From: an uncultured bacterium
Lineage (GTDB): Bacteria; Patescibacteriota; Microgenomatia; UBA1400; PJMF01
Length of the DNA: 64,000 bases
Direction: 5' to 3'
Assembly (NCBI GenBank): GCA_903842795.1
Contig: CAIMNJ010000011.1
Coordinates: 3,166 to 67,165 of the forward strand
The translations under genes were made by a program, and so were the position numbers. The notes below the pieces were generated by a model. The model saw nothing but the letters and a program-made list of their open reading frames with translations, searched no databases and was not told the origin of the DNA. Positions within the stretch are counted from its first letter, which is position 1. Each line of letters opens with the position of its first letter. Of the stretch, positions 9,634 to 18,471 are shown piece by piece.

Positions 9634-10032
9634 ATGAATGAACATATTCGTGTTTCCACCGATGTACAAAAGAAGGGTATTAGACTTTCCTTGAAGTTTA
9701 GGGGGGATCTGGGATCAAATATTATGGATGCCTTCCAAGGAGATAATGACGAGGTGGTTAACGAGTGGTTGGCTGAGGAATTTTATGGTTACGAGAGTCA
9801 GGATCGAGAACCAATCACTATAGAAATGATTGAAAGATTTATTGTCAAAGCGCTTGAGAGTCCAAAAATTAGGCCTTTTTCTTCAATTTTTATAAACATT
9901 ATGGGAAGTTTGGATTTTAGTCATCAGCCAAGAGTAATTTATACAGAAACCCTTGCTAAGCAACCACCAAAGAGACCTCATTATCACGACCATGATAAAA
10001 GAGGACAAAAATATGGAGGGAGAAGAGGTTAG
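9634..10032 (+). CDS. Hypothetical protein
   Basis: ORF fills the gap; first ATG (MNEHIR) chosen as start. Confidence 0.6.
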   Translation: MNEHIRVSTDVQKKGIRLSLKFRGDLGSNIMDAFQGDNDEVVNEWLAEEFYGYESQDREPITIEMIERFIVKALESPKIRPFSSIFINIMGSLDFSHQPRVIYTETLAKQPPKRPHYHDHDKRGQKYGGRRG

Positions 10033-10050
10033 TAGAATTTGTTTTTCAGC

Positions 10051-10079
10051 TTGCAATCAAGCAGGGCTCGAAATACAAT
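10051..10079 (+). promoter_or_regulatory. Sigma70-type promoter of the thrS leader
   Basis: TTGCAA-17 nt-TACAAT. Confidence 0.75.
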
Positions 10080-10086
10080 TGCGCCT

Positions 10087-10128
10087 GTGCTAAATAATTT
10101 TTCAAAAACTACTACTACCACTGCTTAG
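10087..10128 (+). CDS. Thr-rich leader peptide MLNNFSKTTTTTA
   Basis: GTG CTA AAT AAT TTT TCA AAA ACT ACT ACT ACC ACT GCT TAG: five consecutive Thr codons upstream of thrS. Confidence 0.85.
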   Translation: MLNNFSKTTTTTA

Positions 10129-10130
10129 AA

Positions 10131-10184
10131 GCGGGGTTTTGTTATAGTTTGAAAAATAAAACCCCGCCAAGAGCGGGATTTTTT
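10131..10184 (+). promoter_or_regulatory. Attenuator (antiterminator/terminator) of thrS
   Basis: GCGGGGTTTT (10131-40) pairs with AAAACCCCGC (10158-67), mutually exclusive with the CCCGC-caaga-GCGGG-ATTTTTT terminator. Confidence 0.85.
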
Positions 10185-10268
10185 GTATTTGGAAAAGTCT
10201 TGCTGAGCAAATTAATAAAAAAACCATTAAAATAACAATACTAAACTAATCAAACAAGGAAGGGCATT

Positions 10269-12311
10269 ATGCCAAATCATAAACAAATAAACCAAGAAGA
10301 TAAGCTTCTGCCAATGCGCCACAGCAGTGAGCATGTTCTCACCATGGTAATGGAGCGCTTGTATGGTAGTGATGAAAAAAATAATCCAGTAATTATCAAG
10401 GCTATGGGTCCAGCTATTGCTGATGGTTTCTATTTTGACTTCGATATCGCTGATAGCGCTAGAGAAAAAGGTTTAAAGATTACCGAAAAAGATTTTCCCA
10501 AATTGGAAAAAGAAATGAAAAAACTAATCCAGCAAGGGTTGTTGATGGAAAGAGTAGAAGTTTCAATGAAAGTAGCCAGACAAATTTTTGCTGACAATAA
10601 ATACAAGCAAGAACTTTTGGATGGCTTGGCCAATGCTGAGGATTTTGAACTCAGCGAATCAGTTAATGATGGCAAATCTCAAATCAAACATCAAATGCTA
10701 GAGAAAGGTCCGGTCAAACTGACTCTTTATTTGACCGGTCGTGCTGATCAAATTGAGGCAGATAAAAAATTGTTGGCGAGCATGGAAATTGCTTCTGGGA
10801 ACGATGCTGGCAGCATTAAATTGAGTTCTTTTGTTGATCTATGCAAAGGTCCTCATGTGGAAAAAATTTCTGAAATCAAAGCAGTTAAGCTGCTTAGTAT
10901 CGCAGGTGCTTATTGGCGTGGTAGTGAGAAAAACAAAATGCTCACTCGTATTTATGGAACGGCTTTTGGTTCGCAAAAAGACTTGGATGATTATTTGGCA
11001 AAAAAGCAAATGGCTGAAGAGCGTAATCATCGTAAAATTGGTAAGGAAATGGAGCTTTTTGCGATTATTCCTGAAATTGGTCAGGGCTTGCCGATTTGGT
11101 TGCCAAATGGTTATGCCATGCGTCGTGTTCTAGAAGACTACATGATGAAAATGGAGCGTCGCTTCGGGTATGTTCATATTTTGACTCCACATATTAATAG
11201 AAAAGAATTATTTGAAAAATCAGGACATTTAGGCTTTTATGATGAAAGTATGTACCCACCTTTGACCTATGAAGAAAAAAATGATTCGGGTGAATTAATT
11301 GAAGATTCTGCTGAGGTTTATTATCCCAAACCAATGAACTGCCCAGCAGGAATGATGGTTTATAAGCTCAAGAGTCATAGCTACCGCGATTTACCAATTA
11401 AGATGGGCGAGTTCGGTACGGTTTATCGTCGCGAAAAGTCAGGTGAATTGCATGGTTTGCAGCGCGTGCGTGGTTTTACGCAAAATGATGCTCATATTTT
11501 TTGTACGCCAGAGCAACTGAAAGATCAGTTTAAAGAAGTAATGAAGATGCTGGACATTTTCTATAAAGACATGGGTTTTGACAACTATCATTTCCGCTTG
11601 TCGCTTTCTGATCCAGAAAAGGCTAAATTTCAATCTTGTGGCAAGCGTAGTGATTGGGACAAGGCTGAAAATATTTTGCGCGAAATCCTTAATGAAGCCG
11701 GTGTTGAATATGTAGAAGCCAAGGGCGAAGCAGCTTTTTATGGTCCAAAACTCGATGTACAAGCAGTTAACGTGTTTGGCAAAGAAGATAGTATTTCCAC
11801 CATCCAGGTAGATTTCAATCTGCCAGAGCGTTTTGACATTACTTATGTTAATGAAAAAGGCGAAAATCAACGACCATTCGTAATTCATCGTGCTTTGATT
11901 GGCTCTTTTGAGCGCTTTTTCTCATTTTTGATCGAGCATCATGGTGGAAATTTCCCTGTTTGGCTTGCTCCTGTGCAAGTTAAAATTTTACCAATTGCTG
12001 ACCGTCATTTGGATTATGCACGCAAAATATTTAATCAGCTTTTGGATCAAAATGTTCGCGTTGAATTAGATGATCGCTCCGAGCGTTTGCAGGCCAAAAT
12101 ACGTGCTAGTGAGGTGGCTAGAGTGCCAGTGATGCTAATCATTGGTGACAGCGAAATTGAAGCGAATAAAGTTGGTGTGCGCGTGCGCGGCAAAGCTCGT
12201 GAAAGAGCAGAAAAACTCATCAAAAATGGGGAGCTTAAGGCAGAAATTAGCGCCAGCGGTGATCTTGGTGGTTTAGATCTTGAAGCTTTGCAACAATTTT
12301 TGGTTAAATAA
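10269..12311 (+). CDS. thrS: Threonyl-tRNA synthetase
   Basis: RHSSEH, DLCKGPH, GAYWRG, KPMNCP, RVRGFTQNDAH, AFYGPKLD, IHRA. Confidence 0.98.
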   Translation: MPNHKQINQEDKLLPMRHSSEHVLTMVMERLYGSDEKNNPVIIKAMGPAIADGFYFDFDIADSAREKGLKITEKDFPKLEKEMKKLIQQGLLMERVEVSMKVARQIFADNKYKQELLDGLANAEDFELSESVNDGKSQIKHQMLEKGPVKLTLYLTGRADQIEADKKLLASMEIASGNDAGSIKLSSFVDLCKGPHVEKISEIKAVKLLSIAGAYWRGSEKNKMLTRIYGTAFGSQKDLDDYLAKKQMAEERNHRKIGKEMELFAIIPEIGQGLPIWLPNGYAMRRVLEDYMMKMERRFGYVHILTPHINRKELFEKSGHLGFYDESMYPPLTYEEKNDSGELIEDSAEVYYPKPMNCPAGMMVYKLKSHSYRDLPIKMGEFGTVYRREKSGELHGLQRVRGFTQNDAHIFCTPEQLKDQFKEVMKMLDIFYKDMGFDNYHFRLSLSDPEKAKFQSCGKRSDWDKAENILREILNEAGVEYVEAKGEAAFYGPKLDVQAVNVFGKEDSISTIQVDFNLPERFDITYVNEKGENQRPFVIHRALIGSFERFFSFLIEHHGGNFPVWLAPVQVKILPIADRHLDYARKIFNQLLDQNVRVELDDRSERLQAKIRASEVARVPVMLIIGDSEIEANKVGVRVRGKARERAEKLIKNGELKAEISASGDLGGLDLEALQQFLVK

Positions 12312-12329
12312 ATGGACTGATTTAGTTTT

Positions 12330-12725
12330 ATGGAAAATTTTGCTGCCCAAATTGCCAATCTAACTAAAAAAACCATCGAAGGCCAAAAACCCAGCTGGAA
12401 AAATGCTTTGTCGCGTAAATTGATCGCTGCTTTGGAGGGCAAAAACCCAAATAAAATTGCTGAAACAGTTGAGGAAGAGCCTGAACCAACCAAAGAAACA
12501 ATAGTTCAGCACAAGCAATGGACTTCTGTAGAAAATAATTTGAGCTACGAACGTTTTAATCTTCACCCTGAAACAGGAGTGAAGCAATTTTTCATGGAAG
12601 TCATGGGTCCTTATGGCAATCCATTTATTATTCCTGAACCGGATCTAGCTTTCGATGTTCCAAGTGGTTTGCAATATGTAAATATTAAAGGTGAACAAAA
12701 AGATTTAGAAAAATCTGGTTTTTAA
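12330..12725 (+). CDS. Hypothetical protein
   Basis: 131-aa ORF packed directly after thrS. Confidence 0.65.
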   Translation: MENFAAQIANLTKKTIEGQKPSWKNALSRKLIAALEGKNPNKIAETVEEEPEPTKETIVQHKQWTSVENNLSYERFNLHPETGVKQFFMEVMGPYGNPFIIPEPDLAFDVPSGLQYVNIKGEQKDLEKSGF

Positions 12726-12734
12726 TATATTGGC

Positions 12735-13013
12735 ATGGATGGGGCAGAGGTTTGGCAGAAAAATAAAATTTCCGGCATTATTTGTCAAGATGGCGGGACC
12801 GATGTTTATCGCTTTAGTTTTTCTAATCCAAAGGCACCAAAATTTGAGGTCAATGAAGAAGGTGTGATTATTAATGGTGAGCAATGGTATCTCAAGGTGC
12901 TTTTTTCCAAAGATGCTCAGAGAATTGGCAATTTTGATGCCTATTATTCTCGCCAAAAACCAGATGTGGTGCGCGTTATTGAGATGGGAGATATAAATTG
13001 GGACAAGATTTAG
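12735..13013 (+). CDS. Hypothetical protein
   Basis: 92-aa ORF, same strand, tight spacing. Confidence 0.6.
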   Translation: MDGAEVWQKNKISGIICQDGGTDVYRFSFSNPKAPKFEVNEEGVIINGEQWYLKVLFSKDAQRIGNFDAYYSRQKPDVVRVIEMGDINWDKI

Positions 13014-13026
13014 ATATAATTAACCT

Positions 13027-16000
13027 ATGAATCAAGAAGCCTCCGCAATCGTTGAAGAATTATTACAAAAAGAACGCAGCCTTAGCGCACTAAAGAATGC
13101 TGAACAACAAGCCGGAACAGGTTCTTTTATTTTTTCCGATGAAGCAAATCTGTTTAAAGGAGAACCGTCTGCCGAACTTATGGATGTGGTTGGTAGACTT
13201 AATGCCAGAGGAATAAATGTTGCAATTTTTACTTCAGACAATCCAGATAATTTAGAAACATCAGCCCTAAGAGATCAACTCACCCAAGCTAATGGTTTGG
13301 GTAGTTATTCTGATGGAACGCTGCAAGTCAATACTTTGGCCTGTGTCTGGAACAATAAAACAACCGATGGAAGAAAAGAATTGGATTGTGTTACCGGCGC
13401 TGGTATAGGCAGATATATTGGAGATTCTCAAGTTAATAGTTTAGTTAATCATGTTGTTGATGAGGGTTATTATGTTGACGATTTCAGTGCAGGATTTACT
13501 AATGGTTTGACTGAAATCGATCAAATCTTGGCAGCCAGGGAAGCTCAGGCTACTCAACAAGCAGCTCAACCAACAGCTACTCCTTATGCTGAAACTGACA
13601 CTACTCCAATAGAAATCCAGCCTTCAGAATCTCGTCCAAACTTTATGGAAACTCATGGCAGAGAAGTTTATGGTGGTGTGACAGCAGTAATTTTAATGGC
13701 TTTGGTTGGGGCTGATCAGATGTTTGCCAAACCAAAGCGTCTTTTTGTTAAGGGTATTGAATCAGACAGAAGGTCGGCTTTGAATGAAGCAACTAAGTTG
13801 AATTTAGATTTTGGAAAGGGTCTTTCTCTTTTTGATGCAATTATTTCAGAGTACGGTGAGTCTTATCCTGAAAAAGCAAATCAAGCCAGAGAAGATCGCT
13901 CTGTTTTTTCGGAAAAAGTAGATGAAGTTAAAGCTGCTGCTGAAGAGCTAAAATTAGCAAAAGTTGGTTTTTTCCGTAAAAAAGAAGACATGGAAGACGT
14001 AAGAGTAGCTGCTAAAAAATTGCGCACTAAAGCGATGGAATTATTGCGCTTAATAGGCGATCAAAGCAACAAGGCAGAAGATCTGCAAGAGAGAAAGAAC
14101 TCTGCCCGCACCAATGCTGCTGCCGCCAAAGAGAAGCTGGCTGAAGTTAAAGATGTTTGGTATGTAGAAAAATTCAAAGTTTTTGGAGAGATCTTGCCAC
14201 CAAAAGATAAGGCCATGGTCGGTATTGAATCTTTGGCAAAAGAAGCTTTTGATAATGCCTACTACAATACAGCCCTAGCCCTCAAAGGTAATGATCAGGC
14301 TGTTGAAGTGCTTGGTTTGTTAGATAAGTTTATGTTGGCAGTTGGTGCTTTGACCAGTGGTTATGAAATTGCTGATGGATTATATAGAGATGCTGGTTCG
14401 GACATTGCGAAGTGGCCAAATAAGGCAATTGATCTCAAGCAATTGGCTAATTCTGGAATACAGTTACTGACTACTGCCAAAGCAGGTATATCGATCACTG
14501 AAAAGCTTGATGAGGTGATTAGGTTATCTAAAGCAGCTGAGGTGGAATTTGCAAATGCTAAGGATTTCTCTAGTGCAACTGCTACTATTTTGAAACAGCA
14601 AGATGAAAATGATGCGGCAATTGCCGAAATTGAAGAAAAAGGTTTTGAAGATAAACATATTAAAAAGTTCCGTGACGCTATGGTTGAAGCTCTTAGTAAA
14701 GCTAATGTTTTTGCTTCTCAAGGCAATTGGAAGGAAGCGCATGCTCAACTTGGTGTTTTAAGAGTGAAAACCAATGAATCTCTTATTGAGATGAAGCGCT
14801 TAGAACAATTACAAAAACAAAATATTATTGATTTGGAAAATCTTGCCAAGGAGGTGGAAAAAGACAAAAAACGCTATGCCGGTGAGACCACTAAAGCTTG
14901 GACTGATTTGAGTGAAAATTTTGTGCCAGCTAACTACGATGAAAAGGACAAAATTTGGAAAGAGTTGAGAGAAGGATCTGGGTCTGGTGAAAAAATAGTA
15001 ATTGCCGACCTCAATCCATATTTTGCAGCAATTGCTTTGACTCTCAAAGAACTAACTGATGATAAGTCAGACGAAAACGATATTGCCAGTAAAGCTTCTA
15101 GTAGAAATTCTTTTGAAGAACAAAAGTTTGATGAATCTGCAACTCTAATTCGAAAAATGGAGAAAAGGTTGGCAGAGTCTCGTCAAATGATGGATGCGCT
15201 ATTAGAGCGTCAAAAATTAGCCAACAAATCAAAGTCCGAATATTCTGCAGCAATTGTTAATTCATCTGCCCGTCTGGAAGCAGCTGAGGAATCAATTGAT
15301 ACGAAAGAAGAAAACCGCTTAGTAGATAAAGAGGTTGATGAGCAGATCAAGAATGCCAGAAAATTTATTGATTTGGCAGAAAGAGCCGGCAAAGCTTCTA
15401 TATACGTTGCTGCTTTGGAAGCAGCCAATAGAGCGACAGATTTAGCAATAAGAGCAAGACAAAGCGCTGAAGCACAGATAAAAGCTCTCAAAGAACTTTA
15501 TTCAAAACTAGAAAGTCATAAAAAGAGTAGTAATGCTGCTGCCAACAAGGCTATTCAGGCTGTAATAGATGAATCAGATGAAGTAATTACCTCTGCTACC
15601 ACAAATATTCAGAATGCTTTGCAAAGAAGTTTGGCAGCTTTGGTTACGGCAGAAAGTGCTTTAGCTGCTAAAGAAGACCATGTCTTGTCTAAGGCAATAG
15701 AAGATCTTTTAGGTGATCTTGATCAGGTTGATGAAAAAACAGAAGAGCTTGAGCAGGCTTTCAAATCTGATCGCAATAGCTATCAAGATTTACTTGATGA
15801 TTTAAAGAGAGCTATTGGTGATGCTGATTCAGCTATTAGTAGAGCTAGTTCAAAGTGTAATGACCCTGATGCCGGTTCTGCCGGAGATGGAGCCCTAGGC
15901 TCAGCCAGGTCTTCTAATCCAGACATGGCAAGTTGGGGGGAGTCTAGATCTAGTATTAAATCAAAAATACAAGCTGCTAAGCGTGCTGAAGATTATGCTG

Positions 16001-16173
16001 ACAGCGCTTATAATCAGGCTAGCAGCGCAATTTTAGCTGCTGAGCAAGCAAGACAAAGAGAACTAGAAAGACAAAGAGAGGCGCAGAGAGCTAGGGAGAG
16101 AGCTGCTGAACAAGCGAGAGAAGCTAGCAGAACCGTTAATTCTGTTGGTGGACATGCTAGTAGGAAAATCTAA
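13027..16173 (+). CDS. Large membrane-anchored coiled-coil protein, possible N-terminal TPM-like domain
   Basis: FSDEANLF-type start, A/Q/T/P linker, one TM (GGVTAVILMALVG), about 800 aa of A/E/K-rich helical sequence. Confidence 0.7.
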   Translation: MNQEASAIVEELLQKERSLSALKNAEQQAGTGSFIFSDEANLFKGEPSAELMDVVGRLNARGINVAIFTSDNPDNLETSALRDQLTQANGLGSYSDGTLQVNTLACVWNNKTTDGRKELDCVTGAGIGRYIGDSQVNSLVNHVVDEGYYVDDFSAGFTNGLTEIDQILAAREAQATQQAAQPTATPYAETDTTPIEIQPSESRPNFMETHGREVYGGVTAVILMALVGADQMFAKPKRLFVKGIESDRRSALNEATKLNLDFGKGLSLFDAIISEYGESYPEKANQAREDRSVFSEKVDEVKAAAEELKLAKVGFFRKKEDMEDVRVAAKKLRTKAMELLRLIGDQSNKAEDLQERKNSARTNAAAAKEKLAEVKDVWYVEKFKVFGEILPPKDKAMVGIESLAKEAFDNAYYNTALALKGNDQAVEVLGLLDKFMLAVGALTSGYEIADGLYRDAGSDIAKWPNKAIDLKQLANSGIQLLTTAKAGISITEKLDEVIRLSKAAEVEFANAKDFSSATATILKQQDENDAAIAEIEEKGFEDKHIKKFRDAMVEALSKANVFASQGNWKEAHAQLGVLRVKTNESLIEMKRLEQLQKQNIIDLENLAKEVEKDKKRYAGETTKAWTDLSENFVPANYDEKDKIWKELREGSGSGEKIVIADLNPYFAAIALTLKELTDDKSDENDIASKASSRNSFEEQKFDESATLIRKMEKRLAESRQMMDALLERQKLANKSKSEYSAAIVNSSARLEAAEESIDTKEENRLVDKEVDEQIKNARKFIDLAERAGKASIYVAALEAANRATDLAIRARQSAEAQIKALKELYSKLESHKKSSNAAANKAIQAVIDESDEVITSATTNIQNALQRSLAALVTAESALAAKEDHVLSKAIEDLLGDLDQVDEKTEELEQAFKSDRNSYQDLLDDLKRAIGDADSAISRASSKCNDPDAGSAGDGALGSARSSNPDMASWGESRSSIKSKIQAAKRAEDYADSAYNQASSAILAAEQARQRELERQREAQRARERAAEQAREASRTVNSVGGHASRKI

Positions 16174-16193
16174 GTTATTTTTTTATAAATATT

Positions 16194-16224
16194 AAAAAAC
16201 CCGCCTTTTTTGAGGCGGGTTTTT
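16194..16224. terminator. Bidirectional intrinsic terminator
   Basis: AAAAAACCCGCCT-loop-AGGCGGGTTTTT between convergent genes. Confidence 0.85.
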
Positions 16225-16248
16225 ATTTACATTTAGGATGAGAGGAGA

Positions 16249-16980
16249 TTATTCCTCTTCAGTTTCTTCAATGAGGACCTTGATTCCTGGACCCATACTT
16301 GGAGAAAGACTTAATTTAACAATTTTGCCTTTCAAAGCTTTGGTTAGAGCTTCAACGTTCTCAACCAAATCAGCGCCACTCATATCGGTTTTGCCGATAA
16401 CTAAGTGCATTAAAGGAGCTTTCTTTTCAGTTTTGAGATTGAATTTACCAGCTTCCAACTCTTTTTTCTTGAGTTCTGGATTTGGGGTCAAAGTACCATT
16501 TTTTGGATTTGGCATTAAGCCTTTTGGACCAAGAACTTTGGCAAATCTGGCCAATTTTGGCATAAACTCTGGATGAGCAACCAAAATTTCATAATCAATT
16601 TTGCCAGCTTCGATGTCGCTTAAAACTTGAGCATCAACGATGGTAACCTTGACGGTTTTACCGGTAGAGTGTGGCAAAGCTAAACTGACGTTGTCACCAA
16701 TTTCTTTGACGACGACGTGAGCTTCAACTGAACCAACAAATTTGCTGTAAGAAAGCTTTTTAACTAGTTCGACAGCCTCTTTGCTAGAGTAAAATTTACT
16801 CTTATCCAATTGAGAGCGTACAGCCTGATATTTTTTACCGCGGACTTTTTTGGCTTTGGCTGGTTTTTTTTCAGCTTTTACCTCTACATCATCAGTTTGC
16901 ACTGATTCTTTTATTTCTGTTTCGACAGTTTTGACCTCAACTTCATTTGCAGTCATGTCGACATTTTTTTTGCTTCCCAT
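16249..16980 (-). CDS. rplA: 50S ribosomal protein L1
   Basis: LPHSTGK, LGPKGLMPNPKNGT, SMGPG. Confidence 0.95.
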   Translation of the reverse strand: MGSKKNVDMTANEVEVKTVETEIKESVQTDDVEVKAEKKPAKAKKVRGKKYQAVRSQLDKSKFYSSKEAVELVKKLSYSKFVGSVEAHVVVKEIGDNVSLALPHSTGKTVKVTIVDAQVLSDIEAGKIDYEILVAHPEFMPKLARFAKVLGPKGLMPNPKNGTLTPNPELKKKELEAGKFNLKTEKKAPLMHLVIGKTDMSGADLVENVEALTKALKGKIVKLSLSPSMGPGIKVLIEETEEE

Positions 16981-16992
16981 AATTTACTTTCT

Positions 16993-17032
16993 GGTGGTGC
17001 AAGCGGCTAGGGTAAAGTTTGAGCCTCCCACC
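16993..17032 (-). promoter_or_regulatory. Putative L1-binding mRNA site upstream of rplA
   Basis: GGTGGGAGGCT...AGCCGCTTGCACCACC resembles the GUGGGAGG...CCG...ACCAC L1 target. Confidence 0.65.
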
Positions 17033-17046
17033 TTATTATTTTATAT

Positions 17047-17469
17047 TTATACGATGTCAACGCCCATAGATTTGGCAGAACCAATGACACTATTCATAGC
17101 AGAATCAATGTTGTTGGTGTTCATATCTGGCATTTTCTTTTCTGCAATGGCTCTGACTTGATCCATGGTTAATTTGGCCTTATTATCTTTGCCTGCAGTA
17201 GCACTACCAGCTTTCATTCTGAGAGTTTGTTTGATCAAATCTGAGACTGGAGGCAACTTCAAAACAAAAGTGAAGGAATTGTTCTCAAAAATAGTAATTT
17301 CTGCTGGGATGATTTGACCTTTTTGGTCAGCTGTAGCAGCATTATATTGTTTAAGAAAATCCATCATGTTGATACCAGCTTGACCCAAAATTGGACCGAC
17401 TGGAGGGGCTGGAGTAGCAGTACCAGCTGGAAGATTTAATTTCAAAATTGACTTAACTTTTTTAGCCAT
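17047..17469 (-). CDS. rplK: 50S ribosomal protein L11
   Basis: ATPAPPVGPILGQAGIN, KMPDMN, GSAKSMG. Confidence 0.98.
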   Translation of the reverse strand: MAKKVKSILKLNLPAGTATPAPPVGPILGQAGINMMDFLKQYNAATADQKGQIIPAEITIFENNSFTFVLKLPPVSDLIKQTLRMKAGSATAGKDNKAKLTMDQVRAIAEKKMPDMNTNNIDSAMNSVIGSAKSMGVDIV

Positions 17470-17564
17470 ATTATTTTCTTTCGATTGTTATTTTTTTATT
17501 TAACCATTTTTTGTGGAGAAGCTCGGCATCCCTAATGTCGACCACAAGTGGTTTGTGTCTATTT

Positions 17565-18185
17565 TTATACTTTTTTGACTTGCAAGAAGTCTAATTCCAC
17601 TGGAGTTTCTCTTCCAAAAATATTGAGAAGTACAGTGACTTTACCTTTTTCTTCATCAATTTTATCGACTGTTCCCAAGAAATCATTAAATGGACCGTCA
17701 ACAACTTTGACAGCTTCACCATCAACGAAATCGGCTTTGTAAGAAGCTTCACCAGATTGCTCGGTGTATTTCATGATAGCTTCAACCTCACTTTTTGGTA
17801 GTGGAGTGGGTTTGCTGCTCATACCGACAAAACCAGTAACGCCATCAGTGGTACGAATTGCCAACCAGGCGTCATCGGTCATTTCCAATTTGACCAACAT
17901 GTAACCTGGGAAAATTTTCTCACTAACGGTTTTTCTTTGACCTCTGCGAATTTGAATTTTGTCTTGAGTTGGAATCAAAACTTGAATTATTTTGTCAGTT
18001 AAATGGAGGGTTTGAGCACGTTGGCGCAAAGCCTCAGCAATTTTCTTTTCATGACCAGAATAAACGTGAACAACATACCAACGAGCTTTTTTGTTGTCGA
18101 CATCAGAAATGTTAACCAAGTTGGGAGAAGAGACTCTCACTTCTTGAACTTCTGGGATTTCTGGCACTTGCATTTGATCGGTCAT
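17565..18185 (-). CDS. nusG: Transcription factor NusG
   Basis: WYVVHVYSGHE, FPGY, GVTGFVG, DGPF, IFGRETPVEL. Confidence 0.98.
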   Translation of the reverse strand: MTDQMQVPEIPEVQEVRVSSPNLVNISDVDNKKARWYVVHVYSGHEKKIAEALRQRAQTLHLTDKIIQVLIPTQDKIQIRRGQRKTVSEKIFPGYMLVKLEMTDDAWLAIRTTDGVTGFVGMSSKPTPLPKSEVEAIMKYTEQSGEASYKADFVDGEAVKVVDGPFNDFLGTVDKIDEEKGKVTVLLNIFGRETPVELDFLQVKKV

Positions 18186-18224
18186 AATTCCTTTTTTTGG
18201 TGATTCCTTTTACAAAGGAGAATA

Positions 18225-18407
18225 TTATATCAGAATTCCCATGATTTTTTGTAGGAGAAAATCAATGCCTCCAAGATAAGCGGAGAGTAGGGCTGCTACC
18301 AAGACAACTAGCAAGGTCATGTTTTGAGTATTTTTCTTGCTTGGCCAAGTAGTTTGCTTTAGTTCAGTTGTGACTTCTCTAAAGTAGTTTCTGATTTTTG
18401 CTAACAT
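18225..18407 (-). CDS. secE: Preprotein translocase SecE
   Basis: ELKQTTWP plus one TM, upstream of nusG. Confidence 0.93.
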   Translation of the reverse strand: MLAKIRNYFREVTTELKQTTWPSKKNTQNMTLLVVLVAALLSAYLGGIDFLLQKIMGILI

Positions 18408-18471
18408 AAAATTATCCGGTTTTCTCTTGGATTTTATCTTTAAACCCTGCTTTTTTCAAGTTAGCTTTAAT

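Noticed and set aside
10040-10268. T-box riboswitch upstream of thrS
   Set aside because: No T-box consensus or specifier stem; the leader-peptide attenuator explains the region.
17510-17548. Second L1-binding site upstream of rplK
   Set aside because: A hairpin is present but it lacks the GGGAG internal-loop signature; too weak to call.
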